Below are positions 9,569 to 19,252 of a stretch of DNA of 54,082 nt, one piece after another. The first letter of the stretch is position 1. Every line of letters begins with the position of its first letter. Below the pieces are notes generated by a model. It had not been told where the DNA came from and made no database searches. It worked only from the letters and a program-made list of their open reading frames with translations. Position numbers and translations under genes: made by a program. The stretch comes from Candidatus Binatia bacterium (lineage in GTDB: Bacteria > Pseudomonadota > Alphaproteobacteria > Dongiales > Dongiaceae): NCBI GenBank assembly GCA_035541335.1, contig DATKNM010000224.1, forward strand, positions 1 through 54,082. Reading direction: 5' to 3'.

Positions 9569-10085
9569 TCACCGCGCCGCTCCTCTCGATACCATCTTCC
9601 GCTCGAGAGGAGCGGTCGGCCTGCTATGGCCATTCATTGACGGCGATGACCGCCAGCCGCACTTAGATTCGACTAGAATACTACCTAAAATTGACTCTAT
9701 CTCCGCAGGGTTGCGCCGCGTCTTGCGCCCTGAATAGGAATATAAATCCATCAAGAAGGAAAAAGCAATTCCACTAGAGAATTGATCTACTTCAGTTATT
9801 TCAAAGAATAGAAAGCCATCGCAGATGTGCGCATTGAGCCATGGCGACCGCAGATAGCGACCGATTCATCGGGTGTGAGTCTGCGAAGCATTTACTAAAA
9901 GTTGCGTAACGGTTTTTAAGCGTGGTAATTCTTAGAGTGTGGAGAGACAGGGCCGTCGGTCCCTTTGGAACTGCCGGCGATGATGGGATCGGTCCGCATC
10001 CGGCACGATGCGGCTCGGCCCATTTTGCTCGGAACGGCTTCGCTCTGGCTCCTGCCTGCTTGCCTATGATTGCGAGGACATTCCA

Positions 10086-13000
10086 ATGGCCGTCGTGAAG
10101 ATCACCGCCACACCGGGCATTCCGGACGCCGACATGGCGCTCGATGCCACGATCGATCCGAATGCGGCGACCAGCAGCACGCTGACCAAATCGCTCTTCC
10201 GACTGGATTTCGGCGGCGGCGCCGTCGACACCTTCACCGGCATCGGCCTCCACTACGATCCGGTCACCCTGCTGCCCGATGCCGGCACCGTCACCGGCTG
10301 GACCGAGATGGCAGGCGGCAATACGTGGCTGCAGATCACCGGCGCCAGCGTGCCGGCGGCGACATTCACAGCCGATCTGAATGCGCCGCACAACTGGCAG
10401 GCCCTGCTCGCGAGCATGCTCTCGGGCAATGACACCATCACCGGCGGCACCGGCAACGATCACCTCCTGGGCGGGGCCGGTAACGACACCATCACCGGCG
10501 GCGCCGGCAACGGAAAGATGGAAGGCGGTACCGGCAATGACACCTATGTCATCGCCGATGCCGGCGACACGATCGTCGAGAATGTCGGCGAAGGGACCGA
10601 CACGGCGAAGATCGGGACGGCGCTGATCACGACCCAGTTCGACAATGTCGAGAACTACATCTTCACCGGCACCGGAGACTGGACGTTCACCGGCAACGAC
10701 CTCGGCGACACGATTACCGGCGCGGCAGGCAACGACACCCTGACCGGCGGCGCCGGGAATGACGCCATCAACGGCGGCGCGGGCAACGACACGCTCAGCG
10801 GCAGCGGTGGAGACGACACCATCACCGGCGGAACCGGCGCCGATGTCATGAAGGGCGGTGACGGGAACGACACTTACTTCGTGGACAATGCGGGCGACAC
10901 GGTGACCGAACAGCCCGGCGAGGGAACCGCGGACACGGTCCGTAGCACGGTCTCCTTCACCCTCGGCGCCGATGTCGAGAATCTGGTTCTCCTGGGTACG
11001 GCAGCGATCAGCGGCACCGGCAATGCGGAGGCGAATGCGATCACCGGCAATGCCGGAGCGAACATCCTCGACGGCCAAGCCGGAGCGGACATCCTCACCG
11101 GACTCCAGGGCAACGACACCTATATCGTCGACGATCCCGGCGATCAGGTGATTGAGGCCGCCAAAGGCGGAATCGATCTCATTAAGTCCAGCGTCACGAT
11201 CGACCTCTCCCAGGGAGCATTCCTGAACCAGGAGATCGAGAATGTGACGCTGATGGCGGGCACCGGGAACAACGATGTCACCGGCAACAAATACAACAAC
11301 GTCATCCAGGGCAACGAGGGCGACAACAAGCTTATCGGCAATGCCGGCAACGACACGCTGGTCGGCAATGACGGAAACGACACCCTCGACGGTGGCGCCG
11401 GCAACGACACGATGAACGGCGGCAAGGGCGACGACAAATACACCGTCGATTCCCTCACCGACAAGGTCGTCGAGACCCTCTCGCAAGCAGCCGGCGGTGG
11501 CATCGATTCCGTGACCACGTCGGCCGCGATCAAGACGGCCTATGCCAACGTCGAGAACTTCACCTATACCGGCCTGGCCAATTGGGTGTTCACCGGCAAT
11601 GCGCTCGACAACAGCATCACCGCCGGCGCCGGCAACGATACCCTGAACGGCGGCGCGGGCAACGACACGATGGTCGGCGGCCAGGGCAACGACGCCTACG
11701 TAGTCAACAGTGCCGGCGACACTGTCACGGAGCAGAATGGAGAAGGGATCGACAAGGTCACCATTCTCACGACCGCGGTGATGACGGCTTTCAATAATGT
11801 CGAGAACTACACCTTCGCCGGAACCGGCAATTGGACGTTCACCGGCAATGCGCTGAACAATACGATCACCGGCGGCAAGGGTGCCGATCACATCGATGGT
11901 GGTGCCGGCGACGACGTGCTGAGCGGCGGCGCCGGGATCGACTTCCTCACGGGCGGAACGGGCAATGACACCTACATCGCCGATTCGCTGGCCGAGATCG
12001 GCAAGATCTCGGAGACCGGCGGCGATACCGGCGACACGCTGAAGACGGCCGTCGCCCTCAAGACCGCGGTCACGGGCGTCGAGAACTACATCTACACCGG
12101 CCTGGCGAACTGGACCTTCACGGGCAATGATTCCGACAATGTCGTCGTCGGCGGATCCAAGACCGACAACCTCGCCGGCGGCAAGGGCGACGACACGCTC
12201 ATCGGCAATGCCGGCAACGACATCCTCGACGGCGGTGCCGGCAACGACCTGCTCGAAGGCGAGCAGGGCAACGACACCTACAAGTATGACGGCCACGACA
12301 TCATCGCCGAGGCCGCGAAGGGCGGAATCGACACGGTCATAAGCACCGTCACCCTCGACCTGCTCCACGACAAGGGCCTCGCCGGACAGGAACTGGAGCG
12401 TGTCGTCCTGGCGGCCGGCGCCGGCAACATCGATGCGACCGGCAACAATCTCAACAACACCCTCACCGGCAACGAAGGCGCGAACCGGCTCGACGGCGGC
12501 GCCGGCAACGACACGATGTCCGGCGGCAAGGGTGACGACACCTATGTTGTCGATTCAGTCGGCGACAAAGTGCTGGAGACCATCACCAACAAGGCCGGCG
12601 GCGGCACCGATACCGTCGAGAGCTCGATCGCGTTCAGCCTGGTGAAATATACCAACATCGAGAACCTGGCCCTGACCGGCGGCGCCAGCATCAACGGCAC
12701 CGGCAACGCGCTCGCCAACCACATCATCGGCAACAGCGGCAACAACATCATCGACGGCGGCCTAGGCGACGACACCCTCGACGGCGGCAGCGGCGGCACC
12801 GACGTCCTCAAGGGCGGCGCTGGCAACGACACCTATGTCATCGACAGCGCCACGGTGACGATCGACGAGGGCCTCAACAAGGACACCGGCGACCTGGTGC
12901 TCGCCAGCATCAACGTCGATCTATCCACGATCGGCGCTGGCAAGATCGAGAATGCGACTCTCTCCGGCATCGGCGACGTCAATGCCACCGGCAACGCCGG

Positions 13001-16000
13001 CGCCAACATTCTGATCGGCAATGCCGGCGCCAACGTGCTGACCGGCGGCGCCGGGATCGACACGCTGACGGGCGGCAATGGCGCCGACACCTTCGCCTTT
13101 GCGCTCGGCGATACCGGCTCGACCCTCGGCCATCGCGACCGCATCACCGATTTCACGGTCGGAACCGACAAGATCGACGTCTCCGCCATCGATGCCGACC
13201 CGACCACGGTCGGCCACGACAAGTTCATCTTCGTCGGCAACACCGCATTCGACGGCCAGCTCGGCGAGATTCACACCGTCTACGATGCAGTCCACAACGT
13301 GACGATCGTCGAAGGCGACATCGACGGCGACAAGGTGGCCGATTTCGGCATCGAGCTCTCGGGCAACCTGAACGTGTCCGTCAAGGACTTTACGACCAGC
13401 AGCGTCATCGTCGGGCTCACCCTGATCGGCGATGGTACAGGCAACCAGCTCGACGGCGACCGCGCCGACGATATCCTCATCGGCAACGACGGAGACGATA
13501 TCCTGAACGGCGGTGGCGGCAACGACGCCCTGGACGGCGGCAACGGGAACGACACGCTGGACGGCGGCACCGGCAACGACACGCTGAATGGTGGCGCCGG
13601 AGACGACACGCTGGACGGCGGCACCGGCAACGACACGCTCGACGGCGGCACCGGCGCCGACACGATGGCGGGCGGCAAGGGCGACGACACGTACATCGTC
13701 GATGATCCCGGCGATGTGGTGACAGAGCTCCCCGGCGAAGGCACCGATACCGTGATCACGTCCATCCCGCTGACGGATGCGATCGCCAACGTGGAGAACT
13801 ACACCTTCACCGGCGCCGGCGATTGGAAATTCACCGGCAACGGCCTCGACAATGTCATCACTGGCGGATCCGGCAACGATACGCTGGACGGCGGTACTGG
13901 CAACGACACCGCCGCGTTCCACGGCGACTCGACCGGCTACCAGATCGTTTATGGCGACGGCTTCGTCACCGTGACGGATATCAACGCCGCGGACGGCAAC
14001 GACGGCACCGATACGCTCACCAACATTGATCACATCCGGTTTGCCGACAAGACCATCGACGTTTCCGGCGAGGCCAGCATCGCAGGTGCGTCGGCCGGGG
14101 ACAAACTGGGCATGTCCGTTGCCGCTGCCGGCGACATCAATCATGACGGATTCACGGACTTCCTGATCGGCGCGCCGCACGCGACGACCGCCAACGGTGC
14201 CGATTCCGGCGCCGTCTACGCCGTCTTCGGCGGTCCCAACGGCGTCCCGGCCAATCTCGATCTCGCCAACCTCGGCAAGAGTGCGGGATTCGAAATCATC
14301 GGCGCCGACGCCTCCTCGCTGGCCGGCTTCAGCATCAAGAGCGCGGGCGATATCAACGGCGACGGGATTGCCGACTTCATCATCGGCGCCCCGACCGAGC
14401 CGACGGGTGCAACCGGTGCCGCCTACGTGGTGTTCGGCCAGGCAGGCGGCTTCGCTTCAACGGTTGATCTTTCGAAGCTCAACGGCACCGACGGCTTCAA
14501 GCTGACCGGCGCCGATCTCGGCACGGAGGCCGGACACTCGGTCGCTTACGTCGGCGACATCAATGGCGACGGCTACGACGACATCGTGGTCGGAGCGCCG
14601 CTGGCGGGCAATGTCGTTTCCACCACCGAGCCTGGGGCTGCATACGTCGTCTACGGCCATAGCGGATCCTTCGCCTCGGAAGTCAATCTTGGCACCCTCG
14701 ACGGCAGCAACGGCTTCACGCTGGAAGGACGAGCGAACTACAACCACGCCGGCTGGTCGGTCGACACGGCGGGAGACTTCAACGGCGACGGCATCGCCGA
14801 CCTGATCGTTGGCGGCATCTTCGGCGCCCCCGGCGACAAGTCAGTCGATCACAGCGGCGAAGCCTATATCGTGTTCGGCAGCCTCGATGCTCCGGCATCG
14901 ACCCAAGTCCTCGACAAGCTCGGCGACGGCGCGATCGCGATCCACGGGTTTGAGGCCCAGAGCAAGGCCGGCTTTTCGGTGGCTTCGGCCGGCGACGTCA
15001 ATGGCGACGGCTATGACGACGTCATCGTCAGCGCGCCCTATTCCGATGCGAACGGCGCCGATTCCGGCGCCGCTTACGTGATCTTCGGTGCGGCTGGAAC
15101 GGCGGCCCCCGACCTGACGAAACTCGATGGTGCCGACGGCTTCGTGGTGAAGGGCATCGCGGCCGGCGATGACGCCGGATTCTCGGTGGCTTCGGCCGGC
15201 GACGTCAACGGCGACGGCTATGCGGATCTCCTTATCGGCGCTCCCGCCGGGGATGCCAACCATTCCGGCGACACCTACGTGCTTTTCGGGCATGCTGGTG
15301 GCTTCAGTCCGACGATCGATCTGACGAAACTGGACACCAGCCAGGGCTTCTGGATCGAGGGCAGCACGGCCGGCGGCGCGCTCGGCCAGTCCGTCACATC
15401 CGCGGGCGACATCAACGGCGACGGGTTCGACGATCTGCTGGTGGGGGCGCCGGGCGAAGGTCCGAACGGCAACGCCAACGCGGGCGCAGTCCACGTTGTG
15501 TTCGGCGGCGATGTCTCCGGTCTCCACCCCATCATGGGGACATTGGGCAACGACACCCTCACCGGAACCGGCAGCGACGAAATCCTGGTCGGGGCCCAAG
15601 GCAACGACACGATCAACGGCGGCGGCGGCGAGGACGTCATCAAGGGCGGTTCCGGCGACGATCAGATCCACGTCTCCGACAACCAGTTTTTCCGGATCGA
15701 CGGCGGCAGCGGCAGCGACACGCTGCATCTCGACTACACCGGCGTCATCAATTTCGGCGATCTCGACGGAGACCCGACGACCTCCGAGCGCGGCAAGATC
15801 GCCAATATCGAGACGATCGACGTCACCAACGGCAAGAACAATGCGATGACCCTGCATCTTGCCGACCTTCTCGACATGCATGTGCAGAACACCGATGTCG
15901 GCGGCGTCGCATCGCTCGACAACGTGCTGAAGATCGACGGCAATGTCGGCGACACGCTGCACCTGGTCGGATCGGACGGCTGGGGCGCCGCCGATACTAC

Positions 16001-18599
16001 CACCCTGGCAGGTTATGCGATCTACACCACGCATGGCGAGAGGATCGCCGTAGATACCGACATTCTCGTGGACTTGCGGGTCGGCGACAACAACGCCAAC
16101 ACCATTGTCGGCGGTGCGGGGAACGACAACCTGTCCGGACTCGCCGGCGACGACACGCTCATCGGCAATGGCGGCGACGACATTCTGGACGGCGGAGCCG
16201 GTGCCGACACCATGTCAGGCGGCTTCGGCGATGACACCTATTTCGTGGACAACGGGGCCGACGTCGTGGAGGAGCCGGCCGAGGGTGGCACGGACACCGT
16301 CATCACCTCGTTTCCGATCACGGACGCTTTCGACAACGTCGAGAACTTCATCTTCACCGGCAGCGCAAACTGGGATTTCAAGGCCAACGCCCTCGGCAAC
16401 CTGATCACCGGTGGTTCGGGGAATGACACGATCAACGGCGGAAGCGGCAACGATACCGTGGTCTTCCATGGGAATTTCGCCGACTACCAGCTCGCCTACA
16501 ACTTCGGCAACGTCATCATTACCGATCTCAACACCAAGGACGGAAACGACGGCACCGACACCGTGATCAGTGTCGAGCACCTCAAGTTCGCCGACAAGAC
16601 GATCGACATCTCGAACGAGCCCATCGTCTTCGGCGGCCAGGCGGGCGATCAGGTCGGGCGATCCGTGGCCGCTGCCGGCGACATCAATCACGACGGTTTC
16701 GAGGACTTCCTGGTCGGCGCACCCCACGCCACCGGGGATGCTGCCGATTCCGGCCTGGTCTATGTGGTCTACGGCACCGGCGCGAGCCCGTCCGAGATCG
16801 ACCTGGACGCCCTCAACGGTGCGAAGGGATTCCAGATCCTGGGTGCGGGCGCGGGCGACAATCTGGGCATGAGCATCAAGGCGGCCGGTGACATCAATGG
16901 CGACGGTATCGCCGACTTCATCATCGGCGCTCCCGGTGCCGGCGCGGGCGCGGGCGCGGCCTATGTGGTGTTCGGCCAGGCCGGTGGGTTCGGCGCGACG
17001 CTCGACCTCGCGAACATCAACGGCACGAACGGGTTCAAGATCGATGGCCTCTCCGGGTCCGATGCCCTCGGCCTATCCGTCAGCGGCGCCGGCGACTTCA
17101 ACGGCGACGGTTACGACGACATCATCGTCGGGGCCTGGGGCACCACGGTTGGCGGCAATGCCACCGCGGGCACGGCCTACGTCATCGACGGCCATAGCGG
17201 CAGCTTCACATCCAGCTTCGATCTGACGAAGCTCGACGGCAAGAACGGCGTGGCTCTTACCGGAACCGCCGTCGGTGACCAGACCGGATGGTCCGTCGCA
17301 TCGGCCGGCGATTTCAACGGCGACGGAATCGGCGATGTCATCATCGGCGCGAAGGGCGCCAACGGAACCGGCATCACCACCATCGTCTACGGCCAGCAAG
17401 GAGCCTGGAGCGCGACGCAAGCCTTGGATAGCCTCGGCACCCATGGATTTCAGGTGCCCGGTGTCGCTTCTCAAGGCGGCAATGGCTTCGCAGTCTCCGG
17501 CGTCGGGGACCTCAATGGCGACGGGTTCGACGACCTCGTCTTCAGCGCGCCCTATACCCACGTGCCGGACCAGAGTTCCGGCACGGCCTATGTCCTCTTC
17601 GGCCATGGCGGAAGTCCGACCCAACCCGACCTCACGAAACTGGACGGCACCAACGGATTCGAGATCCAGGGGCTCGCCGGCGACGACATGAACGGCTTCT
17701 CCGTTGCCTCGGCCGGCGACGTCAATGGCGACGGCTTTGCCGATCTGATCATCGGCATCCCGTACAACGTCCGCAACGATGCCGGCAGCGCCTATGTCCT
17801 CTTCGGCCATGCCGGTGGGTTCGGCGCGTCGATCGACCTGGCGCATCTCAATGCCGGTCAGGGCTTCTGGATCGACGGCGACTTCGTGGGCGACAAGGCC
17901 GGAACCTCCGTCTCCGCGGCCGGGGATATGAACGGCGACGGCTATGATGATCTTCTGGTCGGCGCGCCAAATGAGAATGCGAGCGCTAACGGCGCCAGCG
18001 GCGCCGTCGAGGTGGTCTTCGGCGGCGATCTCCTGGGCATCCATCCGATCGCCGGCAATTCCGGCGACAACGTCCTGAACGGCACCAGCGCGGCGGAGAC
18101 CCTGATCGGCGCCCAGGGTAACGACACGATCAACGGCGGGGGCGGCCACGATGTCATCAAGGGCGGCTCCGGCGACGATCACATCCATGTCTCCGACAAC
18201 CAGTTCTTCAGGATCGACGGCGGCGCCGGCAACGATACCCTCCACCTCGACTACTCGGGAACGATCGACTTCGGCAACCTGGACGGCAACGCGGCCACGT
18301 CCGATCGCGGCAAGATCGCCAATATCGAGACGATCAATGTCGACAACGGCCAGAACAACAGCATGACCTTGCATCTGGCCGATGTCATCGACATCCATGC
18401 CGTGAACACCAATGTCGGCGGCGTCGCCTCGCTCGACGACGTGCTGAAGATCGACGGCAATACCGGCGATACGCTGCATCTCTCGGCATCGGACGGCTGG
18501 AGCGCGGCCGATACCACGACATTGGCGGGGTATGCGATCTACACCACGCATGTGGCGAAGATCGCGGTGGAGACCGATATCGGCGTGACGATCGCCTGA
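10086..18599 (+). CDS. Giant Ca2+-binding RTX-repeat protein with two FG-GAP (integrin-alpha-like) beta-propellers; probable type I secreted adhesin
   Basis: Dozens of GGxGxDxL nonapeptides; 2x7 GDxNGDGxxDxxxGAP repeats; no Sec signal; GAGG RBS before ATG 10086. Confidence 0.9.
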   Translation: MAVVKITATPGIPDADMALDATIDPNAATSSTLTKSLFRLDFGGGAVDTFTGIGLHYDPVTLLPDAGTVTGWTEMAGGNTWLQITGASVPAATFTADLNAPHNWQALLASMLSGNDTITGGTGNDHLLGGAGNDTITGGAGNGKMEGGTGNDTYVIADAGDTIVENVGEGTDTAKIGTALITTQFDNVENYIFTGTGDWTFTGNDLGDTITGAAGNDTLTGGAGNDAINGGAGNDTLSGSGGDDTITGGTGADVMKGGDGNDTYFVDNAGDTVTEQPGEGTADTVRSTVSFTLGADVENLVLLGTAAISGTGNAEANAITGNAGANILDGQAGADILTGLQGNDTYIVDDPGDQVIEAAKGGIDLIKSSVTIDLSQGAFLNQEIENVTLMAGTGNNDVTGNKYNNVIQGNEGDNKLIGNAGNDTLVGNDGNDTLDGGAGNDTMNGGKGDDKYTVDSLTDKVVETLSQAAGGGIDSVTTSAAIKTAYANVENFTYTGLANWVFTGNALDNSITAGAGNDTLNGGAGNDTMVGGQGNDAYVVNSAGDTVTEQNGEGIDKVTILTTAVMTAFNNVENYTFAGTGNWTFTGNALNNTITGGKGADHIDGGAGDDVLSGGAGIDFLTGGTGNDTYIADSLAEIGKISETGGDTGDTLKTAVALKTAVTGVENYIYTGLANWTFTGNDSDNVVVGGSKTDNLAGGKGDDTLIGNAGNDILDGGAGNDLLEGEQGNDTYKYDGHDIIAEAAKGGIDTVISTVTLDLLHDKGLAGQELERVVLAAGAGNIDATGNNLNNTLTGNEGANRLDGGAGNDTMSGGKGDDTYVVDSVGDKVLETITNKAGGGTDTVESSIAFSLVKYTNIENLALTGGASINGTGNALANHIIGNSGNNIIDGGLGDDTLDGGSGGTDVLKGGAGNDTYVIDSATVTIDEGLNKDTGDLVLASINVDLSTIGAGKIENATLSGIGDVNATGNAGANILIGNAGANVLTGGAGIDTLTGGNGADTFAFALGDTGSTLGHRDRITDFTVGTDKIDVSAIDADPTTVGHDKFIFVGNTAFDGQLGEIHTVYDAVHNVTIVEGDIDGDKVADFGIELSGNLNVSVKDFTTSSVIVGLTLIGDGTGNQLDGDRADDILIGNDGDDILNGGGGNDALDGGNGNDTLDGGTGNDTLNGGAGDDTLDGGTGNDTLDGGTGADTMAGGKGDDTYIVDDPGDVVTELPGEGTDTVITSIPLTDAIANVENYTFTGAGDWKFTGNGLDNVITGGSGNDTLDGGTGNDTAAFHGDSTGYQIVYGDGFVTVTDINAADGNDGTDTLTNIDHIRFADKTIDVSGEASIAGASAGDKLGMSVAAAGDINHDGFTDFLIGAPHATTANGADSGAVYAVFGGPNGVPANLDLANLGKSAGFEIIGADASSLAGFSIKSAGDINGDGIADFIIGAPTEPTGATGAAYVVFGQAGGFASTVDLSKLNGTDGFKLTGADLGTEAGHSVAYVGDINGDGYDDIVVGAPLAGNVVSTTEPGAAYVVYGHSGSFASEVNLGTLDGSNGFTLEGRANYNHAGWSVDTAGDFNGDGIADLIVGGIFGAPGDKSVDHSGEAYIVFGSLDAPASTQVLDKLGDGAIAIHGFEAQSKAGFSVASAGDVNGDGYDDVIVSAPYSDANGADSGAAYVIFGAAGTAAPDLTKLDGADGFVVKGIAAGDDAGFSVASAGDVNGDGYADLLIGAPAGDANHSGDTYVLFGHAGGFSPTIDLTKLDTSQGFWIEGSTAGGALGQSVTSAGDINGDGFDDLLVGAPGEGPNGNANAGAVHVVFGGDVSGLHPIMGTLGNDTLTGTGSDEILVGAQGNDTINGGGGEDVIKGGSGDDQIHVSDNQFFRIDGGSGSDTLHLDYTGVINFGDLDGDPTTSERGKIANIETIDVTNGKNNAMTLHLADLLDMHVQNTDVGGVASLDNVLKIDGNVGDTLHLVGSDGWGAADTTTLAGYAIYTTHGERIAVDTDILVDLRVGDNNANTIVGGAGNDNLSGLAGDDTLIGNGGDDILDGGAGADTMSGGFGDDTYFVDNGADVVEEPAEGGTDTVITSFPITDAFDNVENFIFTGSANWDFKANALGNLITGGSGNDTINGGSGNDTVVFHGNFADYQLAYNFGNVIITDLNTKDGNDGTDTVISVEHLKFADKTIDISNEPIVFGGQAGDQVGRSVAAAGDINHDGFEDFLVGAPHATGDAADSGLVYVVYGTGASPSEIDLDALNGAKGFQILGAGAGDNLGMSIKAAGDINGDGIADFIIGAPGAGAGAGAAYVVFGQAGGFGATLDLANINGTNGFKIDGLSGSDALGLSVSGAGDFNGDGYDDIIVGAWGTTVGGNATAGTAYVIDGHSGSFTSSFDLTKLDGKNGVALTGTAVGDQTGWSVASAGDFNGDGIGDVIIGAKGANGTGITTIVYGQQGAWSATQALDSLGTHGFQVPGVASQGGNGFAVSGVGDLNGDGFDDLVFSAPYTHVPDQSSGTAYVLFGHGGSPTQPDLTKLDGTNGFEIQGLAGDDMNGFSVASAGDVNGDGFADLIIGIPYNVRNDAGSAYVLFGHAGGFGASIDLAHLNAGQGFWIDGDFVGDKAGTSVSAAGDMNGDGYDDLLVGAPNENASANGASGAVEVVFGGDLLGIHPIAGNSGDNVLNGTSAAETLIGAQGNDTINGGGGHDVIKGGSGDDHIHVSDNQFFRIDGGAGNDTLHLDYSGTIDFGNLDGNAATSDRGKIANIETINVDNGQNNSMTLHLADVIDIHAVNTNVGGVASLDDVLKIDGNTGDTLHLSASDGWSAADTTTLAGYAIYTTHVAKIAVETDIGVTIA

Positions 18600-18622
18600 G
18601 GCTGCATTTTCCGATTCCGAGT

Positions 18623-18642
18623 CGCCTGAAACGATTCAGGCG
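18623..18642. terminator. Possible terminator hairpin after the RTX gene
   Basis: CGCCTGAA-ACGA-TTCAGGCG; no clear U-tract. Confidence 0.35.
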
Positions 18643-18727
18643 CCCCCGCCGCGACCCCGATTGGAATCGCCGCCGCGCGTGCTAAGCTGTCGGCAAAGGA
18701 CGCAGGCGTCCATTGGGGGCATTCCTC

Positions 18728-19252
18728 ATGCCGATGGCGCGATCAGGGAAGGTGAAAAGGAAGGCTGCAGGAGCGTCGCGGCGCGCGCCGCGCCGCACCC
18801 TGCCGCGACACCGGCAATATGGGGCTATTCCGATCCGGTTCGCGCCGCGGAGCGGAATCGAGGTTCTCCTGCTGACCTCCCGGACCACCGGTCGCTGGGT
18901 GATTCCGAAGGGCTGGCCGATGCGTCGAAAAACGCCGGCCGCGACGGCCGAGCGTGAAGCCTACGAGGAGGCGGGGTTGAAGGGGCGGCTATGGTCCCGG
19001 ACGCCGATCGGAAGCTACTGGTACCGCAAGGAAGACGAGGACTTCACCGGGAGCATCCTGGTTCGCGTCTTCGTCCTGGCCGTGGATGAGCAGAAGCGGG
19101 GATGGCCGGAGCGTTCGCACCGGGAGACCTCCTGGTTTGCGGTCGAGCGCGCCGCCAGGCTGGTGCACGAGCCGGGTCTTGCCCGGCTGCTGCGGCGGAT
19201 TCCGAAGATCGTCATCGCGCGGATACGCGCCGCCGCGCCGGCACTGCGCTAG
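18728..19252 (+). CDS. NUDIX hydrolase
   Basis: EVLLLTSRTTGRWVIPKG...AEREAYEEAG Nudix box; WPERSHR. Confidence 0.9.
   Translation: MPMARSGKVKRKAAGASRRAPRRTLPRHRQYGAIPIRFAPRSGIEVLLLTSRTTGRWVIPKGWPMRRKTPAATAEREAYEEAGLKGRLWSRTPIGSYWYRKEDEDFTGSILVRVFVLAVDEQKRGWPERSHRETSWFAVERAARLVHEPGLARLLRRIPKIVIARIRAAAPALR

Noticed and set aside
9600-10000. AT-rich stretch as possible sRNA or foreign insert
   Set aside because: Consistent with the promoter region of the RTX gene; no recognisable RNA structure or terminal repeats.
9801-12368. 855-aa minus-strand ORF and other long antisense ORFs over the RTX genes (e.g. 40939-43965, 45523-47448)
   Set aside because: Antisense shadows of high-GC repetitive genes; no motifs, and they overlap well-supported genes.
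10400-13900. Repeated GGCAACGACAC-type DNA units suggesting CRISPR or a VNTR
   Set aside because: In-frame RTX nonapeptide codons; no constant repeat-spacer period and no cas genes.
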